Assembly (NCBI RefSeq): GCF_026991475.1
Contig: NZ_JALXBK010000044.1
Span: forward strand, 6,283-70,282
Direction: 5' to 3'
Length of the DNA: 64,000 nt
Source of the DNA: Sulfurimonas sp.
GTDB lineage: Bacteria; Campylobacterota; Campylobacteria; Campylobacterales; Sulfurimonadaceae
A program made the position numbers and the translations under genes. The notes under the pieces are model-generated. The model ran no database searches and was not told the DNA's origin. It saw only the letters and a list, made by a program, of their open reading frames with translations. Below, one piece after another: positions 47,077 to 56,331 of this stretch (its first letter is position 1; the number at the start of each line of letters is the position of its first letter).

Positions 47077-48984
47077 ATGGTAATGACTTTAGAAGAAGCA
47101 AAACTCGCAAGAAGTAAAAAAGTAAATAAAGTTGAAAAGGTAAAAGATTTAAAAAATCCTACCGAGGCCTTTAATGCAATAGAAAAGTACGCAAAAGAGG
47201 GATATGACTCAATTCCGGATGAAGATAAAAAGTACTTTTTAAAATGTTTTGGTATTTATGACAAAGATGGGCTTACTCCAAAACAGTTTATGATGCGTGT
47301 CAGAATTTCTGGTGGACATCTAAACGCAGCACAAGCAAAAACTCTTGGAAATATCGCTAAAAATTATGGGCAAGACTACATCGACATCACAACCCGTGCG
47401 CAGGTTGAGTTTCGCTACCTAAACATAGAAGATATGCCTGCTATCTTACAAGAACTTAAAGATGCAGGTCTCAATGCTTACCAAACTGGCGTAGACAACT
47501 TTAGAAATATTGTTACAGACCCACTTGATAAATTTGGCTTTGACAATATTTTACCATCATTTGCACTACTCCAAAAAATTCAAGAAAAATTCCTTTTTAA
47601 TCCTGAATGGATTTCAACACTACCTAGAAAATTTAACACTGCCGTTACAGGTTCAATGGCAAACAGATGTAATGTTTTTGGACATGATTGTTGTTTTGTT
47701 CTTGCACAAAAAGATGGCTATTATGGGTACAATTTATATCTTGGTGGTCGCGTAGGAATGATAGCAAAAAATGCAGATATGTTCTTAGCTAGTGAGAGTG
47801 AAGTTCTGCTTGCGTACGATGCACTTATTGAAATATTTAAAAAATATGGTTTTAGAGATAATCGTAATAAAAATAGACTCCATTTTCTTATAGACGCGGT
47901 GGGAATGCAGACAATTACTGCTGCCATTCGTGAAAATGCAGGAGTTGATTTTGCATCCGCTGGAGATACACTTACAACAACAAATGCACATGACACGCAG
48001 CATGGTAAAGTCCAACTCAAAGATGGTACTTTTGCCATTCAGGTTGTTGTTCCATCAGGAATATTTAGTGGAACTGCCCTACTTCGCGTAGCTGAACTTA
48101 GTGAAGCATTTGGAAATGGTGAGCTGCGTTTTAGTGTTGAGCAAAACCTCTATATTCTTGGAGTAAAAGAGACACAAACGCTTCTTGAAAATGACTTTTT
48201 TCAAGAGTATAAAAATGTAAATTCTCCATATTTTAACAATCTTATTGCCTGTGCAGGGACTGAGCATTGTAGTTTTGGTGTTATTGAAAATAAACGCGAT
48301 GCTATTTCAATGTCTGAGTATCTTACAAACGCAGTGCCGCTTGAGAGCGGTAGAGTGCGTCTTTATTGGTCTGCATGTGTCAAAGGGTGTGGTACACATG
48401 AAATAGCCGACATTGGTTTTGAAGGATGTAAAGCAAAAGTAAATGGAAAAACAGAAGATGGTGTCCATATTACTCTTGGTGGAAAGATTGTAAGTGAAGG
48501 GCAAAATGGCTATACAGTCATAAAATCAGCTCCTCTTCAATTTGCCCGTTATTATGTTGAGAGCATTGTTTTAGAGTATAAAAAGCTTAGAAATCCACAA
48601 GAGTCATTTGAACAATTTAATGAAAGAGTTTTACTATCCTACTCTTCAGCATATATTGGTTTTTATATGAAATTACAAGCATATCTACGCTCAAAAGATA
48701 TAAACATAGAACTCAATATCAATGCAATACAAAAAACTGGTAAAAATGAGGAGTTTGAACTTTTTGAACTTGGTCGTAAACTCTACTACCAATTTACAAA
48801 ACAAGAACCATATACAGCTTATGTTCGATTTACAAATGAGAATAAAAGAGAAAAACTTATAGATGTTCGTAAAATCAATCCTGATATTGATGAAAATATT
48901 GCAAATATGCTCTTTAAAATGTTAGAGTCTGAAGAGAAACGAGCAGTTGTTTTCTCTGAACTTACAGAGTTTATAGCACTCTAA
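47077..48984 (+). CDS. nirA: ferredoxin-nitrite reductase (siroheme, 4Fe-4S)
   Basis: FMMRVRI, ITTRAQVEF, LPRKFN, CAGTEHC and ACVKGC motifs; downstream of narK. Confidence 0.85.
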   Translation: MVMTLEEAKLARSKKVNKVEKVKDLKNPTEAFNAIEKYAKEGYDSIPDEDKKYFLKCFGIYDKDGLTPKQFMMRVRISGGHLNAAQAKTLGNIAKNYGQDYIDITTRAQVEFRYLNIEDMPAILQELKDAGLNAYQTGVDNFRNIVTDPLDKFGFDNILPSFALLQKIQEKFLFNPEWISTLPRKFNTAVTGSMANRCNVFGHDCCFVLAQKDGYYGYNLYLGGRVGMIAKNADMFLASESEVLLAYDALIEIFKKYGFRDNRNKNRLHFLIDAVGMQTITAAIRENAGVDFASAGDTLTTTNAHDTQHGKVQLKDGTFAIQVVVPSGIFSGTALLRVAELSEAFGNGELRFSVEQNLYILGVKETQTLLENDFFQEYKNVNSPYFNNLIACAGTEHCSFGVIENKRDAISMSEYLTNAVPLESGRVRLYWSACVKGCGTHEIADIGFEGCKAKVNGKTEDGVHITLGGKIVSEGQNGYTVIKSAPLQFARYYVESIVLEYKKLRNPQESFEQFNERVLLSYSSAYIGFYMKLQAYLRSKDINIELNINAIQKTGKNEEFELFELGRKLYYQFTKQEPYTAYVRFTNENKREKLIDVRKINPDIDENIANMLFKMLESEEKRAVVFSELTEFIAL

Positions 48985-48996
48985 AAGGATAAAACG

Positions 48997-50637
48997 GTGC
49001 CATCATCAAACATAAAAACTTCTGGCTTTTCGCTTGCAAAGGGCAAAGAACTTACAGGTGATGACTTTTATGCTGTCAAAACCATGGGAAACATTACTGT
49101 GGGCATCGTTTGTGATGGTGTCGGTAGTGCCGATCATGGCGCCGAAGCAGCACAAAGAACAACAGAGTACCTACTTAATAATTTTAAGATACGCCCAAAA
49201 AGTTGGAGTATTGAAAAATCAATCACAACTTTTATAAAATCTATCAACTCTATTCTTTATCAAGAATCACAGGTAAATTATGAACGCAGTGAGCTTGTTA
49301 CCACTCTCACCATTGTCGTCATAGCTGGAAGTCGTCTCTATGGTGCAAATGTCGGAGATAGCCGAGTTTATATCTACAGGGATGAAAAACTCAATCAAAT
49401 CTCTTACGACCATGCAATGGATGAAGAGGGATATGAAAATGTTCTAACCCAAGCCATAGGTATAGATAAAGAGGTAGAGATTTACTACTTTGAAAACACC
49501 ATTAAAGAGAGAGATAAAATTCTTCTTTGTAGCGATGGGCTATATAATGTTTTAGATAAAGAGCAGATAGAAAAACAACTCTCTGTGGGTTCTGCTACAA
49601 GCCTTGTAAAAAAAGCAAGTACAATCAAAGAGGACAATCTGCCTGATGATACGACGGCAGCTGTATTAGAAATTTTAAAAGTTGATGAAAAAGAGATACT
49701 TCGTAAGCAAGAGCTGCTTATTCTTCAAACACTTAAAGAGGGCGAAGTTATTGACGGATATGTGCTAGAAAAATCACTTATCCAAAACCAAAGAACATGG
49801 TTGTGTAAGAAAAAAACAAAACGCTACATCTTAAAATTTCCTCCAATTGAAGCAATAGACGATGCTACACTCATAGACCTTTTTGTCAAAGAAGCATGGA
49901 ATGCAAAACGCCTCAAAGCAGACTGTTTTCCAAAAGCTGTTATTCCTAAAAACAGAACAATGCGTTACTATGTTTTACAATATATACAGGGAGAGAGCTT
50001 AGAAGCGTATCTCAAAAAACATCACTTAAGTGTGGATGATGCCATTAAACTTACTAAAACACTTCTGCAAATGGCGCAATACCTCATTAAACGAGATTTA
50101 GTTCATGGCGATATAAAACCAGACAATATTATGGTTGTAAAAGATGAAGATGAAAATCTCGTGTTTAAAATCATAGACTTTGGTAATATTACAGAAGTTT
50201 TTTCTACAAGTTCAAAAGCAGGAACGCCAAGTTTTCTCTCACCTCAAAGGTTTCAAGGCGAAGCCATTAGTGAGACGAGTGAGATTTTTTCTATTGGGGT
50301 AACTCTCTATTTGGCACTTACTAAAAAATACCCTTATGGGGAGATAGAACCATTTACAAATCCCTCTTTTAAAGAGGCGCAAAGACCAAGCAAATATAAT
50401 GCTAATATTCCTAAATGGTTTGAGAGTATCATCTTAAGAGCTATATCACGAGATGAACATAAAAGGTATGAACACTACTCAGAGATGTTGTATGAGTTAG
50501 AGCGTCCTCAAAATGTAAAACCCTACTTTAATGAAAATAGTTCCATAATAGAGCGCGATCCTGTTCTGTTTTACAGAGTTGGTTTTACAGCTATGACACT
50601 ACTCAATCTTATACTTATCGCACTTTTACTGCGATAA
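48997..50637 (+). CDS. bifunctional PP2C phosphatase / Ser-Thr kinase with C-terminal TM
   Basis: VCDGVG, VGDSRVY, CSDGL and DDTT (PP2C); HGDIKPDN and DFG (kinase). Confidence 0.88.
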   Translation: MPSSNIKTSGFSLAKGKELTGDDFYAVKTMGNITVGIVCDGVGSADHGAEAAQRTTEYLLNNFKIRPKSWSIEKSITTFIKSINSILYQESQVNYERSELVTTLTIVVIAGSRLYGANVGDSRVYIYRDEKLNQISYDHAMDEEGYENVLTQAIGIDKEVEIYYFENTIKERDKILLCSDGLYNVLDKEQIEKQLSVGSATSLVKKASTIKEDNLPDDTTAAVLEILKVDEKEILRKQELLILQTLKEGEVIDGYVLEKSLIQNQRTWLCKKKTKRYILKFPPIEAIDDATLIDLFVKEAWNAKRLKADCFPKAVIPKNRTMRYYVLQYIQGESLEAYLKKHHLSVDDAIKLTKTLLQMAQYLIKRDLVHGDIKPDNIMVVKDEDENLVFKIIDFGNITEVFSTSSKAGTPSFLSPQRFQGEAISETSEIFSIGVTLYLALTKKYPYGEIEPFTNPSFKEAQRPSKYNANIPKWFESIILRAISRDEHKRYEHYSEMLYELERPQNVKPYFNENSSIIERDPVLFYRVGFTAMTLLNLILIALLLR

Positions 50638-50653
50638 GTATAAAATAATTGAG

Positions 50654-50965
50654 CTATTGCTCTTTTCCGTTACCGTAGTTTTCAAAAAGATAATTTTCAA
50701 TAATTTTTGCATCTTTTTTATCAATAGGAGCTTTAAACTCTTCAATCATTTTATTAACTTTTCCACGCCAAAATTTTCTTGACTGTGGTCCTTGATTTAT
50801 AATATATCCAAAAGAGTGACACATCAAACAATCTGCCTGAACCGTACTAAAACCTTTACCCATCTTAATTTCAAATGGTATATACGGAACTTCTACACTA
50901 CTTTTTACCTGTGCAAAAAGTGCACTTATAGATAACGCTGTTAATAATATTATTTTTTTCATCAT
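50654..50965 (-). CDS. sorB: monoheme cytochrome c, SorB-like
   Basis: Signal peptide, CLMCH heme motif and distal KMI; downstream of the SorA-like gene. Confidence 0.75.
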   Translation of the reverse strand: MMKKIILLTALSISALFAQVKSSVEVPYIPFEIKMGKGFSTVQADCLMCHSFGYIINQGPQSRKFWRGKVNKMIEEFKAPIDKKDAKIIENYLFENYGNGKEQ

Positions 50966-50973
50966 TTAAATCC

Positions 50974-52173
50974 TTATACTACTTCTACATTAACTACTTG
51001 AATACCATTGTATTTGTAACCACCACGGTTCCAGCCAATATCTTTAGAGAGAGGTTGTTCTTCACCAAGAGAGTTCACCGCTTTTGCCATAATATTAAGT
51101 TTTCCATATTTTTTCGGTTTGAATCCAAAAAGGAATGCTCTATAGGCATATCTGCCCATATCTTCTTTAAGAGTCGCTTCTTCCCATGTTTTTCCATCAT
51201 CAATAGAGATGAGAACTTTATGGATGCCATAACCACCATCCCATGCAACACCACGAACAACTACTTGTGAATTATGGTAAATTTTTGCACCGTTTTCAGG
51301 ATAACCAATAACTGATTTCACATTCATTATAGTAATAGGTTTTGTCTTTTTCGCTTTATTTTCAGGTGTTTCACATTCACATTCGTTATCTGGAACTCTA
51401 TAGGCTTTATCCATAAAGAAAAGAGATTTATATTTATCTGTCACTGTAATGTTACTAAGCATTTTAACCCAACTGTCAGAGTAGTATCCAGGAAGCACTA
51501 AACGCAGTGGATAACCATTTAAATATGGCAGATCTTCACCATTCATCTCATATGCTACGATAACGTGATCATCAAGTTCATCAAGCTCTAATTCTCGCAC
51601 AAAGTTTGGTGTTTTATAGTAAGCTGCTTTTTCACGACCGTTAAAGCCTATCCATTTTGCACCTTCAAGAAGCCCTGCTTTGTCCAAAATGTCTTTAAGC
51701 CTTACACCTTTCCATCTTGCACAACCCATAGCACCACTACCCCACTGAATACCACCAGGAATAGGAGTAAATGCTGAACGGCTATTTCCACCACACTGAA
51801 CTACTGCGTTTACTTCCACCTGTTCAAAATCACGCTTAAGATCTGCAATCGAAATTTTTAACTCTTTTTTTACAAAACCATTAATATGAATAGTATATGT
51901 ATCAGGGTCAATATATGTAGGAATATCCGGAAGATGCCAACGCACAAAGAATTGATCATTTGGTGTAAATTCCTCTGTAAATACAGAGAGTGGCGTTTCC
52001 AATAATGGCGGTCTATCTGAATATGTAATAAGTGGTCTTTTTTCAGGAAAAGCATACTTAGATACTTTTCTTGTTTCATTAGGTTGGTGTGTTTCACCTG
52101 CAGCTAAAGATGTAGAGCCAAGCACCGCTGCTGATGCTGCAATTGAAGTTTTAAAAAAATCTCTTCTTTTCAT
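50974..52173 (-). CDS. sorA: Tat-exported sulfite dehydrogenase molybdoprotein, SorA-like
   Basis: MKRRDFFK Tat motif; FFVRWH, QCGGNSR (Mo-Cys) and GYPLRLVLPG sulfite-oxidase family motifs. Confidence 0.85.
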   Translation of the reverse strand: MKRRDFFKTSIAASAAVLGSTSLAAGETHQPNETRKVSKYAFPEKRPLITYSDRPPLLETPLSVFTEEFTPNDQFFVRWHLPDIPTYIDPDTYTIHINGFVKKELKISIADLKRDFEQVEVNAVVQCGGNSRSAFTPIPGGIQWGSGAMGCARWKGVRLKDILDKAGLLEGAKWIGFNGREKAAYYKTPNFVRELELDELDDHVIVAYEMNGEDLPYLNGYPLRLVLPGYYSDSWVKMLSNITVTDKYKSLFFMDKAYRVPDNECECETPENKAKKTKPITIMNVKSVIGYPENGAKIYHNSQVVVRGVAWDGGYGIHKVLISIDDGKTWEEATLKEDMGRYAYRAFLFGFKPKKYGKLNIMAKAVNSLGEEQPLSKDIGWNRGGYKYNGIQVVNVEVV

Positions 52174-52239
52174 AAATTTTCCTTATAATTGTTACTTGTA
52201 TGTATTATTATAACAAGTTATTATTAAAAGGAATTAAAA

Positions 52240-53487
52240 CTACTCTTCTAGTTCGGAATATCCCTTTTGAACTTGCGCTTTTTTTGCCAATAAATTTGCT
52301 TTTTTTGTGACATCTTCACCAACTATATGGTAGTGCTGATGAAGGTTTTCAAGAGATGTATCTATCTTCGTACAAAGTTCTTTAGAGAGTGTATCAAATC
52401 TGTAGCCCATTGCGTTTATCTCTTCTTTAGAGTTTATTTGCAACTCTTTCGTAAGAAGATTCAACTGCGCTTGAGACTTCACATAGTCTGATTTAATACG
52501 CTCTATCTCATCAATTAATATTTTAAGCTCTTCAAATACATCACTCATTCCATTATTTGTATCTGCAAGTCTCTCCATCTTTTTTGAGGAGAGTATCATC
52601 TGTTTCATTATCAGTTCACTTTGTGCACGAATATTTGAGAGGGTACTTTCGCCTTCATGTAAAGAGGTGGCCACTACTCCTGTATTTGATTTTAAAAGAA
52701 GTAGCTCTTTTTCAAAATCTTTCATAACGTAGGATAATTCTTCAGTAGTAGAAGTTACTATTTGGTCTGAAACATTTGTGGCAAGTGCCATAATATTATC
52801 TAATTTCATCTGTAATTCTCGTATATCATCCGATATACCAAATCTACTTTCAACTGCTTTTTTTAGGAGTTCTTGGAGTTTATTGTAGTGGTCTTTTTCA
52901 GAAATTCGTAAAATATCTATATGTTTGTGCACTACATCATCTAGTTTTGGAAGTTGCTCTTCACTAAAGTAGGTAAATGAGTTTTTAACATCATCATGCC
53001 ACGCCTCAACTTGTAAAAACTTCTCTAAAAATTTTTCTTGATTTACCTCAATGGTGCTAAGTGTTTGAATATCTTCTATAAACTTCTCTCGAATTTCACT
53101 CTGCGTTTGCACTGTTTCATTTTGTGCTGCATTCATTCTTTTTTCAAGTTCTAAAATAAAATTTTTAAGTTGGGCAATTTCTTGAACCAATACAGTGCTA
53201 AATTCATCCTGTGTTCTTGATTGTAAAGAGAGCTGCGTTTGATGTAGAATATTCATAATAATATATAAGATCACTGCTACAAGTAGCGGAAAAAGTGATT
53301 CTCTACTCAGTAGCAATAAGTCATTACTATGCGGATGAATCATAAAGTGAATAATTGAGCTAAGTGTTCCAATACCGAGCATTAGTGGTGCATAATCTAT
53401 CTTATTTGGCTGTTTTAAAATAGCAATTTGTCTTAAAAACAGAAGTGCCATCACGCCAAACGCAATGAGTAAATCAGTGTCAAACAT
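52240..53487 (-). CDS. membrane-anchored coiled-coil hypothetical protein
   Basis: Three N-terminal TM helices followed by about 330 aa of heptad-rich helix. Confidence 0.75.
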   Translation of the reverse strand: MFDTDLLIAFGVMALLFLRQIAILKQPNKIDYAPLMLGIGTLSSIIHFMIHPHSNDLLLLSRESLFPLLVAVILYIIMNILHQTQLSLQSRTQDEFSTVLVQEIAQLKNFILELEKRMNAAQNETVQTQSEIREKFIEDIQTLSTIEVNQEKFLEKFLQVEAWHDDVKNSFTYFSEEQLPKLDDVVHKHIDILRISEKDHYNKLQELLKKAVESRFGISDDIRELQMKLDNIMALATNVSDQIVTSTTEELSYVMKDFEKELLLLKSNTGVVATSLHEGESTLSNIRAQSELIMKQMILSSKKMERLADTNNGMSDVFEELKILIDEIERIKSDYVKSQAQLNLLTKELQINSKEEINAMGYRFDTLSKELCTKIDTSLENLHQHYHIVGEDVTKKANLLAKKAQVQKGYSELEE

Positions 53488-54109
53488 TTTCTAATACCTC
53501 TTTTGGATTCTTAACTACAGTAGGATGCTCTGCTGAAGCTGAAAAACCCCATGCCGCAAAAATCGATTTTATATGTGCATTTGCAGCACTTTGCATATCT
53601 TTTGAATTGTCACCAATCATCCATGCACTATCTTTCATAGCATTGTAGTCATAATGACTCAATATATAGTTTAGCATAGCAGGATCAGGTTTTGAAGCAT
53701 GTACTCTGTCTGCGCCGACTATAAGATCAAAAAATTTTGCAACACCTAAATGTGAAAGCATAGTTTTAGCAAAAACTGTCGGTGCATTAGTTGCAACAGA
53801 AAGGTAGACACCCTCTTTTTTCAATTGAATTAACAGTTCTAAAATACCTTCATAAAGATAAGGATTTTGAGTACATTGCTCTTTATAATGACGCTCAAAA
53901 AGTTCTCTATCTCTCGTCTCATATACTTTTGTATTATAAAAAAGTTCAGGAAGATTTCTTACTTCCATATTAATTGCCTCTACTATAAATTCTTCACTTA
54001 AAGGAGGTAAATTATGATTTTTCTTTCTTACATAATTTATGGAGATAGTTATATCTTTTTTGGAGTCAATCAAAGTACCATCCATATCAAATATAACTAT
54101 TTTTTTCAT
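53480..54109 (-). CDS. HAD family hydrolase (phosphoglycolate phosphatase-like)
   Basis: FDMDGTL, ATN, KPDP and IGDNSKD motifs. Confidence 0.88.
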   Translation of the reverse strand: MKKIVIFDMDGTLIDSKKDITISINYVRKKNHNLPPLSEEFIVEAINMEVRNLPELFYNTKVYETRDRELFERHYKEQCTQNPYLYEGILELLIQLKKEGVYLSVATNAPTVFAKTMLSHLGVAKFFDLIVGADRVHASKPDPAMLNYILSHYDYNAMKDSAWMIGDNSKDMQSAANAHIKSIFAAWGFSASAEHPTVVKNPKEVLENV

Positions 54110-55059
54110 GACTTCATCTTCTCATATAGTTCAATAAGCGTATCTACAAAAAGCTCACTATCGTTTGGACAAGAACAAACTCTATACTCTTTAAATCCCA
54201 ACTCCTCAGCTATCTCTTTATACTCAACACCAAGCTCAAAATCAGTCTCTGAATTATCTATGGTAAACGCAATAGGGAAAATAATGACACCCCTGTTTCG
54301 TACAGTTTTAAGCTTATCTTCAAGCGATGGTGTAAGCCACTCCATACGCCCTACTTTTGACTGATATGCCAAATGCACATCATGAAATGCCATTCCCTGC
54401 TCTTGCATCATCTCTTTAAGTATCGCAACATGTCTATTTACATGTTTTTCATAAACATCACCTGCATCTACGATTTTTTTCGGAAGTCCATGAGCCGAAA
54501 ATATGATGTCAAAATCACGGTATTCGTCATCGCCCACACTTTTTTTAATGTTTTCAATAATAGCTCTGTTGTAGGTGTTATTTTGAAAAAAGTGTTTTAT
54601 TTCAACAAGTAGAGCAGTGCCACCACTTTTATGATATGCCTCTTCAAAATCCTCTAATGAAGATTTTGTAGTCGTTGTTGAGTATTGAGGATAGAGAGGA
54701 ATCAAATAGATTTTATCTATCTCTTCGCTCTTTAGTCTCTCTATAACTTCAGTAGCAAAGGGAGGTGTATAACGCATAGCAAAATCAACTACAAACTTTT
54801 CACCAAGCCTTTTTTGTAGTTTATCTACAAGTTTTTTTGTATGCCCTACTATGGGTGATTTACCACCTAATTGTCTATAAATCTCTTGTGAAGATTCTGT
54901 GCGGTTAAAAACAATAAGTCCACCCACCAACTTACGAACAACATTACTCTTCATTGTCAATATATTTTTATCAGCAAACATATTTTTCAAAAACATCTCA
55001 ACTTCATGAAGATTATTTGGTCCTCCCATATTGAGAAGAATTATTGCCTCTTTTTTCAC
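54106..55059 (-). CDS. hemH: ferrochelatase
   Basis: LLNMGGP, AMRY..P, LYPQYS.TT, FSAHGLP, YQSKVG and ETDFEL. Confidence 0.95.
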   Translation of the reverse strand: MKKEAIILLNMGGPNNLHEVEMFLKNMFADKNILTMKSNVVRKLVGGLIVFNRTESSQEIYRQLGGKSPIVGHTKKLVDKLQKRLGEKFVVDFAMRYTPPFATEVIERLKSEEIDKIYLIPLYPQYSTTTTKSSLEDFEEAYHKSGGTALLVEIKHFFQNNTYNRAIIENIKKSVGDDEYRDFDIIFSAHGLPKKIVDAGDVYEKHVNRHVAILKEMMQEQGMAFHDVHLAYQSKVGRMEWLTPSLEDKLKTVRNRGVIIFPIAFTIDNSETDFELGVEYKEIAEELGFKEYRVCSCPNDSELFVDTLIELYEKMKS

Positions 55060-55373
55060 GCACTTTCCTCTTTTTTTATATAAACCCCAAGCCAGACAAC
55101 GACTTTTTTTGTTTTTAACAAAGTATGCTTTGTATTTGCAGGGATGAAGATAGAATCACCTGCTTTTAATTTGTGTACTATACCATCAATTTGTAGTTTT
55201 GCACAACCCTTTAAGACAACTACCCACTCATCTTTATCTTTTTGTAAAAATTCTTGTGGTGTTTTTAGAGTATTACTTACTATGCGTTTTATTACTACAT
55301 TTTTTTTGCTTAAAAGTGTTGTGAAATTTTCATCATCAACTAAAGGCAGCTCAAAATCAAAAAGATTAGCCAT
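55056..55373 (-). CDS. cupin domain protein
   Basis: EWVVVLKG...GDSIFIPANTKH cupin motifs; likely start 55373. Confidence 0.8.
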   Translation of the reverse strand: MANLFDFELPLVDDENFTTLLSKKNVVIKRIVSNTLKTPQEFLQKDKDEWVVVLKGCAKLQIDGIVHKLKAGDSIFIPANTKHTLLKTKKVVVWLGVYIKKEESA

Positions 55374-56331
55374 AGTTAATCTCCCAATGCCCTTTTCTTG
55401 CACTTCCTACTCTTTTAATTTTATTCTCTTTTTTCAAGTTTACTATCTGTTTTTCAATGGCTCTTGTAGTCAAATCTAGAAGCTCTGCTAACTCTCTTAT
55501 GGTAATTTTTGGATTTTCTTCTAAATAAATTAAAATTTTATCCTCTGTATTTACCGAACTTTTTACCGAACTTTTTACCGAACTTTGAATAGTCTCTAAA
55601 ATCACTTCTAACATAAATTCTATAAAAGGTGTGCTTTCACCTAAACTTCCAGACTCTTCTAAAGCTCTATAGTATCTCTCTTGATTATCTCTTATAATAC
55701 TTTCGGTAGGAATAGCACTAAAAACTTTTCGCCATTGATGTAAAATTACTGATTGCCAAAGTCGTCCAATTCTACCATTTCCATCAGAAAATGGATGAAT
55801 AAACTCAAACTCATAATGAAATACGCAAGATTTGATAAGCATATGTTCATCACTTGTTTTTAACCACTCAAATAGATTTTGCATTAATTGGGCTACAACA
55901 CCAAAAGGTGGAGCGACATGGCTTACCCCATCACTACTACCAACTCCTACATTAACACCTCTAAAACTTCCAGCACTATTTAAAATACCTTTCATCAAAT
56001 AGTTATGGGCTTTTAACAAATCATCAAGATTATCATAGCTATAATTTTCAAATGCTTTATAGGCTTCTATAGCACCCTCAACCTCAAGTACCTCTTGATA
56101 ACTACCCAAAACTCTCTTTCCATCTAAAATTGCAGTAATCTTCTCTTCTCCCAAAAAATTACCCTCTATCTCTAAAGTACCGACAAGAGTCTTAATACGA
56201 TTTTTTTTTCGAAGCTGTGGAGTAATGATTTTGTCAGATTTATACTCTAATCTAGTAAGTTCTTCACCTATTTTAGTTGCTAAAGACAACATTTTAGAAG
56301 TGATTGTATAGGGAGGTTTATAATTACTCAT
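55366..56331 (-). CDS. Fic family protein with C-terminal HTH
   Basis: Canonical HPFSDGNGRIGR motif; TIRELAELL...AIEKQI HTH. Confidence 0.92.
   Translation of the reverse strand: MSNYKPPYTITSKMLSLATKIGEELTRLEYKSDKIITPQLRKKNRIKTLVGTLEIEGNFLGEEKITAILDGKRVLGSYQEVLEVEGAIEAYKAFENYSYDNLDDLLKAHNYLMKGILNSAGSFRGVNVGVGSSDGVSHVAPPFGVVAQLMQNLFEWLKTSDEHMLIKSCVFHYEFEFIHPFSDGNGRIGRLWQSVILHQWRKVFSAIPTESIIRDNQERYYRALEESGSLGESTPFIEFMLEVILETIQSSVKSSVKSSVNTEDKILIYLEENPKITIRELAELLDLTTRAIEKQIVNLKKENKIKRVGSARKGHWEINYG
55551..55586. repeat. 12-bp tandem repeat x3 in the Fic linker
   Basis: (TTACCGAACTTT)3, encoding SSVK-SSVK-SSVN. Confidence 0.9.

Noticed and set aside
50654-52173. Functional coupling of sorAB with the adjacent nitrate operon
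   Set aside because: The genes are convergent with separate promoters; adjacency alone is not evidence.
52240-53487. 3-TM plus long coiled-coil protein as a ZorA-like (Zorya) defence component
   Set aside because: No ZorB/MotB-OmpA partner or effector genes nearby, and it overlaps housekeeping HAD/hemH genes.
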